Positions 19,347 through 29,318 of a DNA stretch of 64,000 nucleotides are shown in pieces. Below the pieces are notes generated by a model, which was not told the DNA's origin, made no database searches, and saw nothing but the letters and a program-made list of their open reading frames with translations. Numbering within the stretch: the first letter of the stretch is position 1; each line of letters starts with the position of its first letter. The stretch is from contig JBDHAB010000015.1 of the NCBI GenBank assembly GCA_039588295.1, positions 31,316 through 95,315 on the forward strand, written 5' to 3'. Made by a program: the position numbers and the translations under genes. This DNA comes from Gemmatimonadota bacterium. Lineage in GTDB: Bacteria; Gemmatimonadota; Gemmatimonadetes; Gemmatimonadales; GWC2-71-9.

Positions 19347-20711
19347 TCAACAAGGCTCTCCGCGTCGGGCCCTGCGGGGGAAGACGATGACGCTCTCATT
19401 TCCGTCGGCCCCGACCGCAGCCACACCAAAAAAGTAGTTGTCGATGATCAGCCCCTCGAACGCGTGAGCCGGCACATCACCAACCCAGCGAGTGTGGTCC
19501 CAGGTCGGTGAATCGGTGAGCCGCCAATACACCCGGTAGCCAGCGACCCTCTCGGGGTCTGTCGGCGGCTCCCACGCCAGGCGGGCGTGTGGCTGCACCG
19601 CACCGCACACCCGTACCTCACGAGGCGGGCCAGGCGCCCCCGCCAACGCTGCCAGCGTTGCCGCGTTGAGGGCGGTGAGCTTGGCGGCGTAATCGAAATC
19701 CACGCCTTCGATCACGTCACCGTACGCGATCCCCTCCTCCACTCTGATGTCCTGATGCTGGCGGTGGTAGTTCTCGTTCGTCTCCATGATCCGGACCGCC
19801 GGGAACCCGAGATCGGCGAACGGCCGGTGATGCCCGCCGCGGCCGAACCGGTCGAGCCGGTAAACCATGATGATGTCCAGATTCGTGACGTACCGATCCG
19901 CGATACGGTCGACGTACCGCGCGAGCTGCCTGGAGATGCCGTCGACCTCACCACCGGTGAACCGCCGTGTCCGACGCGCCTGTTCAGTCTCGGTCGGCGG
20001 CGTACCGTCGGAGAACACTCTGGCCGTCGTATTCTCGATGACACCGCTGATCCCCTCGACGTTTCCGATCATGTCGTTGTTGAGCACGGCTTGGAGGTTC
20101 CAGCCACGGTCTACTGCCATCTGGGCGACGGTACGTCCGCCGAACAGCCCCTGCTCCTCTCCGGAGAGGGCGAGATAGGCGATGGAACCTGCAAACCGGT
20201 GCTTGGTGAGCAGGCGGGCAGCTTCGAGTGTGCCCGCGACACCACTCGCGTTGTCGTTCGCGCCGGGAGCCGAGTCGGTCGAGTTCATCCCGCTCGTAAT
20301 GCGGCTGTCGATGTCGCCGCTCATCAGGACGACGCGGTTGGGGTCACTCGTCCCGCGCTGGAACGCCACCACGTTCACCACGTTGGTGGGTTCGGGCAGC
20401 CGACCACCAGCGGGGAAGAGCTCCGTGACGAAGAACACGTCGAGGCAGCCGCCGCAGGCCTGGGAGATGCGGTCGAACTCCGTCTTGATCCACCGGCGCG
20501 CAGCGCCGATGCCTCGGCTGTCGGACAGCGTATCGGACAGGGTATGACGGGTGCCGAACGACACCAGGGTGCGAATGTCCGATTCGATCCGATCCGCGGA
20601 AAGGGAACGTACGATGTCGTGGATCCGCGGATCGTCGCGCGGCGGTACCTGCTGTGCGACGAGCGGCCGGACAGCCATGAGAACGACACATGGGAGCAGC
20701 GGGACGCGCAT
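19347..20711 (-). CDS. Exported M28 family metallopeptidase with an FN3-like C-terminus
   Basis: LVSFGTRHTLSD, SGDIDSR, APGANDNASGVAG, LSGEEQGL, LNNDMIGN, RGGHHRPF. Start set at MRVPLL (20711), which gives a signal peptide. Confidence 0.88.
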   Translation of the reverse strand: MRVPLLPCVVLMAVRPLVAQQVPPRDDPRIHDIVRSLSADRIESDIRTLVSFGTRHTLSDTLSDSRGIGAARRWIKTEFDRISQACGGCLDVFFVTELFPAGGRLPEPTNVVNVVAFQRGTSDPNRVVLMSGDIDSRITSGMNSTDSAPGANDNASGVAGTLEAARLLTKHRFAGSIAYLALSGEEQGLFGGRTVAQMAVDRGWNLQAVLNNDMIGNVEGISGVIENTTARVFSDGTPPTETEQARRTRRFTGGEVDGISRQLARYVDRIADRYVTNLDIIMVYRLDRFGRGGHHRPFADLGFPAVRIMETNENYHRQHQDIRVEEGIAYGDVIEGVDFDYAAKLTALNAATLAALAGAPGPPREVRVCGAVQPHARLAWEPPTDPERVAGYRVYWRLTDSPTWDHTRWVGDVPAHAFEGLIIDNYFFGVAAVGADGNESVIVFPRRARRGEPC

Positions 20712-20870
20712 GCTGCAGCTCCTGCGGCAGTGGTGCAGATGGTGGCCGGCCGAACCGGGTCCGCGACGTTGGCGAGGTACGCTACGCCGGGGCATGGATT
20801 GACGCAAGTTACGTGCGTCGTAGCTTAGAACGTGCATCGGTGACACGGTTTCCAGCACAGGGAGCGGCTC

Positions 20871-21362
20871 ATGCAGCGTTCGAGAATCATGCTTGTTCTG
20901 ACGTGCGCAGTCCTCCTCGCTTGTACCCAGGAGGTGACGCGCCGCGAGATCCTCGTCGAGCAGCAAGTGGTAGAGGATCGCTTGAACAGCTGGGTGCGAT
21001 TGATGAACAACGCAAAGCTGGACAGCCTCATGCTGTTCTACGATCAAGTACCGGAGCTGCAGGTCCTCTGGTCTGACGGCCAGCGAACGGGGGGTTGGGA
21101 GGAGACGGAGCAAGGCATCCGAGATTTCTTTGGCGGCCTGCAGTGGATGAACTTCGTCGTGAGCGAGATCGAGGTGGAAGTGTTGAGCCAGCGGGCCGCG
21201 ACCACGACGTTTCGTCACTCGACCGATATCATCCGCCGTGATGGTCAGCGGCTACCCGTTTCGTCGGGCCAAGGCACCCAAGTGTGGCTCAAGGATCAGG
21301 ACGACGATCTTTGGAAAATCCACACGTCGCACGTTTCGGTGAGCCAGCCGTCAATGAACTAG
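20871..21362 (+). CDS. SnoaL / NTF2-like lipoprotein
   Basis: Lipobox LLAC; NTF2-like ending TQVW...WKIHTSHVS. Confidence 0.75.
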   Translation: MQRSRIMLVLTCAVLLACTQEVTRREILVEQQVVEDRLNSWVRLMNNAKLDSLMLFYDQVPELQVLWSDGQRTGGWEETEQGIRDFFGGLQWMNFVVSEIEVEVLSQRAATTTFRHSTDIIRRDGQRLPVSSGQGTQVWLKDQDDDLWKIHTSHVSVSQPSMN

Positions 21363-21531
21363 CGGGACGGGACAGCGAGTACGAAGACATGGGGGTGGAG
21401 CGGGGTTCGGTCCCGCGCCGCCCCCCGACCCCCCCGGCCGTCACCTGCCGTCAAGTTTTTGTGCCCCAACCGCTTGTGCGAATTGGACTTGTCTTGTATC
21501 CTATCGCAACCTTTCGCCGGAGGCCCGGCCG

Positions 21532-22647
21532 GTGTCGGACCCCTTTCTAAGCTCCGACGAATACGCCGAACGCGCTCACAAGCTCTACAACGAAGGTCTC
21601 TACGAGGCGGCAATCGCCGAGTTGCGGGAGGCAATAGACTGCTATCCGCACGCGGTAGAGCTGCACGTAGGCCTGGCCTACGTCCAGCTCGCATGCGAAG
21701 AGTTCGTGTGGGCGCGTGGCAGTTTCCAGAAGGCGCTGGCCCTCGATCCGAATGATGAGGAGGGGTTGGCCGGATTGGGCGAGGCGCTCCTCAAGCTCGG
21801 TGACCGTACGGGAGCGGTCCAGTGCTTCGACCGCGTGCTGGCGCTCGGGTTCCGCGAGGACCACGATCTGATGTTGCAGATCGGGCGCGCCCTGTTTCGA
21901 GAAGGCATGCTGCGCCACGCACGCGGCTTCTTCGAGATCGCCGTGGAGAAGCACCCGGACTCGTCGGACGCGACCGCGTCGCTCGGATACGCGGCGCACC
22001 GACTGGGCGACGAGGATGTGGCCCTCTACTGGCTGCGTCGGGCGCTGGATTTGGAGGAGGGGCACAGCGAGGCGCGCGTGTACCTCGGCAACCTCCTGTA
22101 CGACCGCGGCGAGTACGAGGCGAGTCTGTTCCACTTCGAGCAGACCGAGCCTGTCGAGCACTACGACGAACTCGCCCTGTGGCGCACGATCGAGTTGAAG
22201 AAGTCGATCTATCGCCTCCCGGGCAACGACCCGGAGCTTGTTCCCTGGCAACGACGGCTGGCGGATTTGGCCGGTGAGCGGGACCCGGTAGATCAACTCC
22301 TCACCGACATCGCCAACACGCAGCCCGATGGGACGGTCCGCGACCCCCGCCAGATCGAGCTGTTCGGCACGCTCCTCACAGAGCTCCAAGGCATGCAGCG
22401 GCGCCCACCCAGCGAGATTCACCGGGTCAAGACCGCTACCGGTGTGACCTATGCGGGGACCTGGGAAGAGATCGTGTTTCAGATGAAGATGGACGACCGC
22501 GATGGGCTGAGCACGTCGGTCGCCGAGTTCATGCAGCGGGTTGCAAAACGAAGCCGCCGGGATAGCGGGGTGATCATCCCCGTGTCCGACGCAAGGAGCT
22601 TCGTGGAGGGCGTGGCCGCGGCGGGCCTGGTGCAGATTCTGCGGTAG
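21532..22647 (+). CDS. Tetratricopeptide repeat protein
   Basis: Several TPR units (ALALDPNDEEGLAGLGEAL, ALDLEEGHSEARVYLGNLL) plus a non-TPR C-terminal domain. Confidence 0.8.
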   Translation: MSDPFLSSDEYAERAHKLYNEGLYEAAIAELREAIDCYPHAVELHVGLAYVQLACEEFVWARGSFQKALALDPNDEEGLAGLGEALLKLGDRTGAVQCFDRVLALGFREDHDLMLQIGRALFREGMLRHARGFFEIAVEKHPDSSDATASLGYAAHRLGDEDVALYWLRRALDLEEGHSEARVYLGNLLYDRGEYEASLFHFEQTEPVEHYDELALWRTIELKKSIYRLPGNDPELVPWQRRLADLAGERDPVDQLLTDIANTQPDGTVRDPRQIELFGTLLTELQGMQRRPPSEIHRVKTATGVTYAGTWEEIVFQMKMDDRDGLSTSVAEFMQRVAKRSRRDSGVIIPVSDARSFVEGVAAAGLVQILR

Positions 22648-22774
22648 CCCGCGATCACCCTCCTAATAGTAAGGAAGACGGCCGACGCGACCGCACGGTC
22701 TGCGTCGGCCGTTGGCCACTCCGGGAGGGCAACCACCGGCCTGCCCTGTCATCGGAGCGGTTACCTTTCCGGCC

Positions 22775-25375
22775 ATGCCATTCGCCACCGACGTCGAACG
22801 ACGGGTGCTTCCCAATGGACTGACGCTCCTGGTTCAACGCGATACCTCCGCCCCCGTGGTGGCGGTTGTGACCTACGTCAGAGCCGGGTACTTCGACGAA
22901 CCGGACGCGTGGGTGGGGATCGCGCACGTGCTGGAGCACATGTACTTCAAGGGGACCGCCCGCCGAGGACCCGGCGACATCGCGCGTGAGACACAACAGG
23001 TGGGTGGCTACATCAACGCCGGCACGATCTACGACAAGACCGTCTACTACACGGTGCTGCCCTCGGCGGACGGCGGTCTCGAGAAGGCGCTGGACGTGCA
23101 GGCCGATGCGCTCATGCACGCGGCGCTCGATCAGGACGAGCTGCGCCGCGAACTCGAGGTCATCATCCAGGAAGCAAGGCGCAAGCGGGATACCCCGAGC
23201 GCCGTGATCACCGAGACACTGTACGAGCAGCTGTTCCGGGTCCACCGCATGCGTCGCTGGCGTATTGGCACAGAGCGGGGGCTCCGGCAACTCACGGCGG
23301 CTGACGTGCGTGCCTACTACGAGACTCGCTACACGCCGGACAGGGTGGTTGTCGCCTTGGTCGGCGCGCTTGATGTGGCCCACGCGGCGGCGATCGCAGA
23401 GGAGACGCTTGCCGGGTGGTCGCGACCGAGTGCGACCGTCGAAGGCTCCCCGCCCGAGCCATCCGGTACCGAGGCCTCTGGCCGCGTACTGCGCGGCGAT
23501 GTGGAGCGCCCGCTGGCGAGCGTCGGATGGCGAACGGTCCCCACGCTCCATCCCGACGCCGCAGCCCTGGATGTTGCGGCCACGATCCTGGGTGCGGGCC
23601 GTGGGTCGTCACTCTACCGGACGCTCAGGATTCCCGGAATTGCGGCCAGTGCCTACGCGAGTCACTACACGCCCACGGAGGTCGGTGTGTTCGAGCTCGG
23701 TCTCGAAGCCGATGCTGTGCACATCGATGAAGCAGTGGAACGATCGTGGGGTCTTGCGGCGCAGCTCGCCACCGCTCAGCCGGTGCAACCGGAGCTGGAG
23801 CGAGCGCGTGCGCTGTTGGCGACGTCGTGGGCGCGCCGCAACGAGTCGATGGAAGGCCGGGCGGCGGCGCTCTGCGAGGGGGAGGCCTTGGGCGACTACC
23901 ACCTCGTCGACGATATGCTGCAGTGGCTGCTCGGCGTGTCGGCCGACGACGTCCAGCGCGTCGCAAGGGAGTACCTCGAGCCTTCGGCGGCATCGGTGGC
24001 GCTCTACCTCGGTGAGGACGGCGAGACCCGGTTCGAGAATGCCTGGCCGCCACGGACCGCGGGTGTCCAAGTGCTCCCACCCATAGCCGTGCATGAAGCC
24101 GGCTTGCCGCGTGCCGTGCGGCGCGCTGCGGAGCGCAATCGGCTCACGGGTGGCATCACGCATTGGGTCCTGCCGGGGATCGACATCCTCGCCAGGCCAA
24201 AGCGCGGGTCGGGTGTGGTCACGCTCCAGTTCCAATTCCCGTGGGTCCCATCGTGCGAGGATGCGGACAGCGCCGGCATCTCCTCACTCCTGGCCCGGAC
24301 GGCGCTCCGCGGCGCCGGTGGCTTGCAGGCCGAAGCCTTGGCACAGGCGGCCGAGCTCCTGGGCGGGACGATCACACCGAGTGTCGGCTCGGAAACGATG
24401 GGGTGGAGGACCTCCGTGCGGCCGGAGGGAATGGAGCGCGCAGCACGGCTCCTCGCGATGTTGGCGCGCGAACCGCATCTGCAGCTCGATGACGTGACGC
24501 GGGAACGAGTGCTCCAAGCGAGCGACGCACGACGGGCGCGCGACGACATGTTCCGCTATCCCGCGCAGCAGGTGTTGGCGCAGGCATTCCCTGACCACGC
24601 GTATGGCCTTCCGAGACTGGGAGAACCGGAACGGGTGCTCGGGTACGGCGTGGATATGCTGCAGGCGTGGTCGGGTCGGCTGCTGAACACGCGCCCCGTG
24701 CTGATCGCCGTGGGCGATTTCGTTCCGGACGACGTGCCCCGGCTACTCGAGCCGCTGGCGCAATGGGAGGCACTGACCACCCCGCCATCGTCCGCACTGC
24801 CGGCGCCCAGTTGGGCCGCGAGGCGAAGTTCCGAGCCGCGAGACAAAGAACAGTCCGCGATCGCGATTGCGTTTGCGGCGCCGCCGTTCGCCTCCCGCGA
24901 GCGCTATCCGCTCAGGGTCGTGGCGGCATTGTTGAGCGGCCTCGCGGGACGGCTGTTCGACGCGCTTCGTGAGCGGCGGTCGCTGGCGTACACGGTGACC
25001 GCAATTCCCTGGCTCGCGCGGCAGGCCGGGGCGATGCTCTGCTACATTGCGACTTCGCCCGACCGTGAGACCGAGGCGCGTGAGGGAATGCTGGCGGAGC
25101 TGCGTCGACTCGTGACTGAGCCGCCGACGACCGCCGAGCTCGATCGAGCCAGGAGTTACGCCGCAGGATCAGTGGAGATTCGGCAGCAGAGTGGTGGGGC
25201 GCTGGCGGGTGAGATTCTCGAAGCGTGGGTGCACGGCACGGTAGATGATCTGGACGCCGTCCCGGAGCGTTTGCGGCAGGTGAGCCACGAGGATGTCGTC
25301 ACGGTGGCCGAGAGCGTGTTTCTCACCGACGAGTGGGCCGAATACGTGGTGCGGGGAACGGGCGGGTCGAGCTGA
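22775..25375 (+). CDS. M16 (pitrilysin / insulinase) zinc peptidase, two-domain fusion
   Basis: LPNGLT, inverzincin motif AHVLEHMYFKGT, GGYINAGT; the second half is degenerate and carries RLFDALRERRSLAY. Confidence 0.9.
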   Translation: MPFATDVERRVLPNGLTLLVQRDTSAPVVAVVTYVRAGYFDEPDAWVGIAHVLEHMYFKGTARRGPGDIARETQQVGGYINAGTIYDKTVYYTVLPSADGGLEKALDVQADALMHAALDQDELRRELEVIIQEARRKRDTPSAVITETLYEQLFRVHRMRRWRIGTERGLRQLTAADVRAYYETRYTPDRVVVALVGALDVAHAAAIAEETLAGWSRPSATVEGSPPEPSGTEASGRVLRGDVERPLASVGWRTVPTLHPDAAALDVAATILGAGRGSSLYRTLRIPGIAASAYASHYTPTEVGVFELGLEADAVHIDEAVERSWGLAAQLATAQPVQPELERARALLATSWARRNESMEGRAAALCEGEALGDYHLVDDMLQWLLGVSADDVQRVAREYLEPSAASVALYLGEDGETRFENAWPPRTAGVQVLPPIAVHEAGLPRAVRRAAERNRLTGGITHWVLPGIDILARPKRGSGVVTLQFQFPWVPSCEDADSAGISSLLARTALRGAGGLQAEALAQAAELLGGTITPSVGSETMGWRTSVRPEGMERAARLLAMLAREPHLQLDDVTRERVLQASDARRARDDMFRYPAQQVLAQAFPDHAYGLPRLGEPERVLGYGVDMLQAWSGRLLNTRPVLIAVGDFVPDDVPRLLEPLAQWEALTTPPSSALPAPSWAARRSSEPRDKEQSAIAIAFAAPPFASRERYPLRVVAALLSGLAGRLFDALRERRSLAYTVTAIPWLARQAGAMLCYIATSPDRETEAREGMLAELRRLVTEPPTTAELDRARSYAAGSVEIRQQSGGALAGEILEAWVHGTVDDLDAVPERLRQVSHEDVVTVAESVFLTDEWAEYVVRGTGGSS

Positions 25376-25396
25376 TGAGTTGGGCCGCGGGAAGTG

Positions 25397-25855
25397 CTAG
25401 AACATCGACATCGCGAGGAAAGAGCGGAGGTTCTCGTTCGTGATGCGCAACCGTTCCGAAAGCAGACGCACGACGCCCCAGAGCACCTTGAACGCCAGGT
25501 CACGATCGAAATCCAGGAGCATCTCGAAATCGGACCGCGTGATGGTGAGCAATCGGCAATCGGTATTCGCGATAGCATCGGTGGATCGCTCGGACCGGTC
25601 GAACACCGACATCTCGCCGAAGCAGGCGCCTTGCTTGAGTACCGCGAGCGCCTCTTCACCCGAGCCAGGTACCTGGCGAGAAACCCGAACGTCACCTTCG
25701 GCGATGATGAAGAGTCGGTTGCCCGGGTCCCCTTCCTTGAAGATCGTCTGGCCGAACTTGAAGTGTTGTTCTTTGCAGATCTCGGCCACGCGATCGATCT
25801 CATTGTCTTCGAGATCCTTGAAGATCGCCGCTTGCTTGATGAGTGCCGTGTCCAT
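25397..25855 (-). CDS. Stand-alone cyclic nucleotide-binding domain protein
   Basis: IFKEGDPGNRLFII.EG.V and the phosphate-binding cassette FGEMSVFDRSERSTDA; no HTH. Confidence 0.88.
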   Translation of the reverse strand: MDTALIKQAAIFKDLEDNEIDRVAEICKEQHFKFGQTIFKEGDPGNRLFIIAEGDVRVSRQVPGSGEEALAVLKQGACFGEMSVFDRSERSTDAIANTDCRLLTITRSDFEMLLDFDRDLAFKVLWGVVRLLSERLRITNENLRSFLAMSMF

Positions 25856-25888
25856 GCAGCCTCTCGCGCCGTGGCGCGCCCCAGGGAT

Positions 25889-26437
25889 ATGCAAGTTATA
25901 GGTCGCCCGGGAGAGCGGCAAGCAAGACCACTGGTGCGCGCGCCGGATATTCTTACCGCGCTGCGGCTGCCGCTTGCCGCGGCGTTCGTCGTGTTCGATC
26001 ACGGCCTCGCACGCCTGGCGATCGTGGTCATCGTGGCGGCCTCGGATTTCGTGGATGGAATTTGGGCACGTCGGATCGGTGGGTCTCGGCTCGGGGCCGC
26101 GCTCGATCCGATTGCCGACAAGGCCTTCATCATATCCGCGTTCGCGGTCGTGGCACGGAGCGGGGTGCTCGCTCCGGTCGAGCTGCTGGGCGTGTTGCTG
26201 CGCGATATCGTGGCGGTCGGGGCGTTCCTCGTGACGTGGGCGTTGCGGCGGCCGACCACGCTGCCGGCGCGAGCCGGCGGCAAGGCCGTCACGGTCTGCC
26301 AGCTGCTTACGCTCATTGCATTCCTGGCAGGGTCGGATCTCGTGCGGCCACTCGCCTGGGCCACAGCGGCGATCGCGGTGTATGCGATTGCCGACTACAC
26401 ACGCGCCGCGCCCAGCATCACGCGGCGCCCGCGCTGA
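25889..26437 (+). CDS. CDP-alcohol phosphatidyltransferase (PgsA-like)
   Basis: PDILTALR and the signature DFVDGIWARR...GAALDPIADK. Start uncertain (ATG 25889 or GTG 25934). Confidence 0.85.
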   Translation: MQVIGRPGERQARPLVRAPDILTALRLPLAAAFVVFDHGLARLAIVVIVAASDFVDGIWARRIGGSRLGAALDPIADKAFIISAFAVVARSGVLAPVELLGVLLRDIVAVGAFLVTWALRRPTTLPARAGGKAVTVCQLLTLIAFLAGSDLVRPLAWATAAIAVYAIADYTRAAPSITRRPR

Positions 26438-26527
26438 AGGGGGCGAGCTGGTTGCTCGAATCTCACCCGATCGATGCGTTCAGCCGGCATCGTGTGCTCA
26501 TCGGGCTGTCGACGGGGAGAGTGATTC

Positions 26528-26944
26528 ATGCCGGAACTGAGAGCCATCCGGCTCGACTGGTCGGGTGATGGCCTGCGGTTCTCGGGTGGGGGGACCGAAC
26601 CCGAGACGCCGCCAGTGGTCATCGATGGCGATGGTCGAGCGGGCCCGAGCCCGATGCTCACGCTGTTGCTGGCGGCGGCGGCGTGTTCGGGAGCGGACGT
26701 CGTTGTGATACTCGAGAAGATGCGGGTCGGCCTCCGCTCCCTGAGCGTCGATGTGCGCGGGATCCGGCGGGACGAAGAGCCGAGGCGCTACATCGATGTC
26801 CGGTTCCATTTCCGGATGGCGGGTGAGGGCTTGGATCGCGCAAAGGCTGAGCGCGCCGTCGGCCTCTCGCTGGACAAGTACTGCTCCGTGGTCCACTCGC
26901 TCGCATCGGATGTCGCGGTCGGTTATGAGATCGAGCTGGCGTAG
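26528..26944 (+). CDS. OsmC family protein (YhfA-like)
   Basis: GPSPM.LLL.AAACSGADVV.IL.KMR and LSLDKYCSV (two conserved Cys). Confidence 0.88.
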   Translation: MPELRAIRLDWSGDGLRFSGGGTEPETPPVVIDGDGRAGPSPMLTLLLAAAACSGADVVVILEKMRVGLRSLSVDVRGIRRDEEPRRYIDVRFHFRMAGEGLDRAKAERAVGLSLDKYCSVVHSLASDVAVGYEIELA

Positions 26945-27395
26945 GCTGCTGAGCGGTGTGATCGCCGGTGTCGGGCTGACCGGCTCGCTCGAGGCGCAGG
27001 CCACGCGCGAGCTGCAGGTGCAGGCGCTCGGTGCGTTCGCGTCCGCCGAGTTCATCGGGGGCGGCCTGGGCGTCGCGCTGCGGACCCGCGGCCGTGCACG
27101 GGTCGGAGTGACGCTGAACGCCGGTGATCTCGATGGATCTTTGGCCGGTCGTGCCGAAGCCGTCGCGTCGTATCATCTCAACCCATACGCCGTCCGCGGA
27201 ATCACGCCTTACGCCGGTGGTGGTGTCGCGGTAGCGGCGACCGAGGTGGAAACCTTCGAGTATGTCGTGATTCTCGTGGGGGTGGAGACCACACCCGGCC
27301 GACGCAACGGATGGTTTGCCGAGGTTGGGATCGGTGGTGGGGTTCGGGTCTCGGCCGGATTCCGAGTTCGCTGGCGCTCACGCAGTCGGCGCTAG
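26925..27395 (+). CDS. Small exported beta-rich (possible outer-membrane barrel) hypothetical protein
   Basis: Signal-like N-terminus ending LEAQ; amphipathic strands (TPYAGGGVA, WFAEVGIGGG, VSAGFRVRW). Start uncertain. Confidence 0.55.
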   Translation: MRSSWRRLLSGVIAGVGLTGSLEAQATRELQVQALGAFASAEFIGGGLGVALRTRGRARVGVTLNAGDLDGSLAGRAEAVASYHLNPYAVRGITPYAGGGVAVAATEVETFEYVVILVGVETTPGRRNGWFAEVGIGGGVRVSAGFRVRWRSRSRR

Positions 27396-27405
27396 CGTTC
27401 CCGTC

Positions 27406-27435
27406 AAAAAAAGAACCCCGCTTTCATGGCGGGGT
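27406..27435 (-). terminator. Intrinsic terminator of the minus-strand 86-aa gene
   Basis: Minus strand reads accccgc-catgaaa-gcggggt followed by tcttttttt. Confidence 0.75.
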
Positions 27436-27464
27436 GTTGATCATACGAAGCGGCGAACCGTCGT

Positions 27465-27725
27465 CTAGCTCGGTGCGCCGACGATGGGGCGCGAGATGAC
27501 CGGCTGACAATAGCGCTCGCCCAGCCCTCGTAGATCTGCCAGCTCGGCCTCGGTGAGCGTGGGATACCGCTCCGCCATGTACTCGATGGTGTCGTCGAAC
27601 CACTCCTTCTGATGCTCGGGCGTCGCCTGGATCACCCCACACCGAAGAATGTGGTTGTACAGCTCGTCCCTCGCCTTGTCGAGCGCTGACGGATTACCTT
27701 GCTTCGTCGGACGTTTCTTTCCCAT
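27465..27725 (-). CDS. Small helical hypothetical protein (86 aa)
   Basis: SD GGGGAG before ATG, followed by a terminator; plausible protein sequence (LDKARDELYNHILRCGV). Confidence 0.7.
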   Translation of the reverse strand: MGKKRPTKQGNPSALDKARDELYNHILRCGVIQATPEHQKEWFDDTIEYMAERYPTLTEAELADLRGLGERYCQPVISRPIVGAPS

Positions 27726-27892
27726 GCGGTGGTCTCCCCTGTGACGCGCTGGCCCACGCGTTCCGCGAGGAAAGTAAACAGCTAAGTCGCGGCATGCAAA
27801 CCGCCTGCGCTCGATCGAGTGAGTAGATTTCCGTGGCTGGCCAAGCAGCGGCCGGGCGGATGTGGCACATGTAGGTTCGTGATGGAGTGGCC

Positions 27893-28216
27893 ATGCAGGA
27901 ACCGACCTATAATGAAGAAGCGCGCACCCGGCGGTTGATCGAGCTGCTGCGGGCGCTGGCGGCCCGGATCCGAGCGCTCGAGGGCGACGAGGACCTCCTG
28001 GCGGCCGGCCCGGAGTTGCTCAAGCTCATGGGTGACGCCCGCAGCGAGCTGTTCCACTATGAGGTGCGGTGCACCTACGACTCGCCAGAAGTGGCCGAGA
28101 GTCGCCGGATCGTGGATCAGGCGCGCAAACGCATGCGGTCGTTGGAATTCACCGAGCCAAGCCAGGAACTCGAAAGTGAGGAGGGTGACGAGCCATGGCG
28201 CGGTCGACAAACCTGA
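27893..28216 (+). CDS. Hypothetical helical protein, first gene of the dsb/ccm operon
   Basis: SD GGAG before ATG 27893; overlaps the next gene by 22 nt. Confidence 0.65.
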   Translation: MQEPTYNEEARTRRLIELLRALAARIRALEGDEDLLAAGPELLKLMGDARSELFHYEVRCTYDSPEVAESRRIVDQARKRMRSLEFTEPSQELESEEGDEPWRGRQT

Positions 28217-28863
28217 AACCGTTCTACATCGCGTTTGGAGCGCTGGTGGTGGTGGGTGCCGGGGCCATCTGGCTGGCACGGCGGAACAGTGCGCCGGTCC
28301 CGGTCGGCCCCATGCCGGTCAACACCTCGTCCTTCTCCGGCTGGGTCTTGGGAAGCGACTCCGCACCGGTCGAGATCATCGAGTACGCGGACTTCGGCTG
28401 CGGCGCCTGCGGCATCTTCACGGTATTGAACGCCCCGGACATCAAGCAACGGCTGGTGAACACCGGCCGCGTTCGGTGGCGGTTCCGCGACTACCCCATC
28501 CCCAGCCACGCCGCCTCACCGGCGGCCCACATGGCCGCCGCCTGTGCCGGGGAGCAGGAGCAGTTCTGGCCGATGCACGACGTGATCTTCGGCAATCAGT
28601 CGAACTGGGGGCGCGAGCGACGTCCCGAGCGGCGGTTCCGCGACTACGCGCGGCAGATGGGATTGGACATGGATCGCTTCGACGAGTGCACGGAGTCCCA
28701 GCGGTATGCGGCGCAGATCGATGCGGCGAAGCAGGAAGGAGTCGCGGTCGGTGTGCACTCGACCCCGAGCTTCGTGATCGGAGGGCTGCTGGTGGCGGGA
28801 GCGCTCGCCTACGATAGCCTGGTCGTGCTGGTGGAGCGCGCGGAGGCTGCCGTCCGGCAATGA
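28195..28863 (+). CDS. Membrane-anchored DsbA-like thiol-disulfide oxidoreductase (Thioredoxin_4)
   Basis: N-terminal TM helix, LGSDSAPVEIIEYADFGCGAC (CxxC), cis-Pro loop GVHSTPSF. Confidence 0.88.
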   Translation: MARSTNLKPFYIAFGALVVVGAGAIWLARRNSAPVPVGPMPVNTSSFSGWVLGSDSAPVEIIEYADFGCGACGIFTVLNAPDIKQRLVNTGRVRWRFRDYPIPSHAASPAAHMAAACAGEQEQFWPMHDVIFGNQSNWGRERRPERRFRDYARQMGLDMDRFDECTESQRYAAQIDAAKQEGVAVGVHSTPSFVIGGLLVAGALAYDSLVVLVERAEAAVRQ

Positions 28864-29318
28864 GGCACCGCATGATCACTGCGGTGCTGGCCCTCGCGGG
28901 CTTCTTCATCTCGCTCTACCTGTGGCTTTGGAAGGTTGGCTTTCTGGGTTCCATGGCTTGCGGCGACGGCGGGTGTGAGACCGTCCAGTTGAGCGAGTAC
29001 GCCCAGTTCTTCGGCGTGCCGGTCGCGTTCTACGGCATGGTGGGCTACCTCGTGCTCGTCGTCGTGAGTCTGGTGGGGCTGCAGCCGCGCTGGATCGATC
29101 GCCGGTGGCCGACGGCGTGGCTGGCAGCCGTGGCAGGACTCGGTGTGGCGTTCAGCGCGTACCTGACATACCTGGAGGCAGCGGTCATCCACGCGTGGTG
29201 CCGCTGGTGCGTCGTCTCCGCTCTGCTCATTGTTGCCATTCTCCTGGCCGCGCTCGCTGGGCTCCGAGGACCTGGCCGGCCGGCCCCCGCTTCCACTGCC
29301 GCCGCATCGCATCGGTGA
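28860..29318 (+). CDS. Vitamin K epoxide reductase (VKOR) family protein, a DsbB analogue
   Basis: Loop Cys pair C.DGGCETVQ.SEYA..FGVPVA and the C-terminal WCRWC active site; ATGA overlap. Confidence 0.9.
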   Translation: MRHRMITAVLALAGFFISLYLWLWKVGFLGSMACGDGGCETVQLSEYAQFFGVPVAFYGMVGYLVLVVVSLVGLQPRWIDRRWPTAWLAAVAGLGVAFSAYLTYLEAAVIHAWCRWCVVSALLIVAILLAALAGLRGPGRPAPASTAAASHR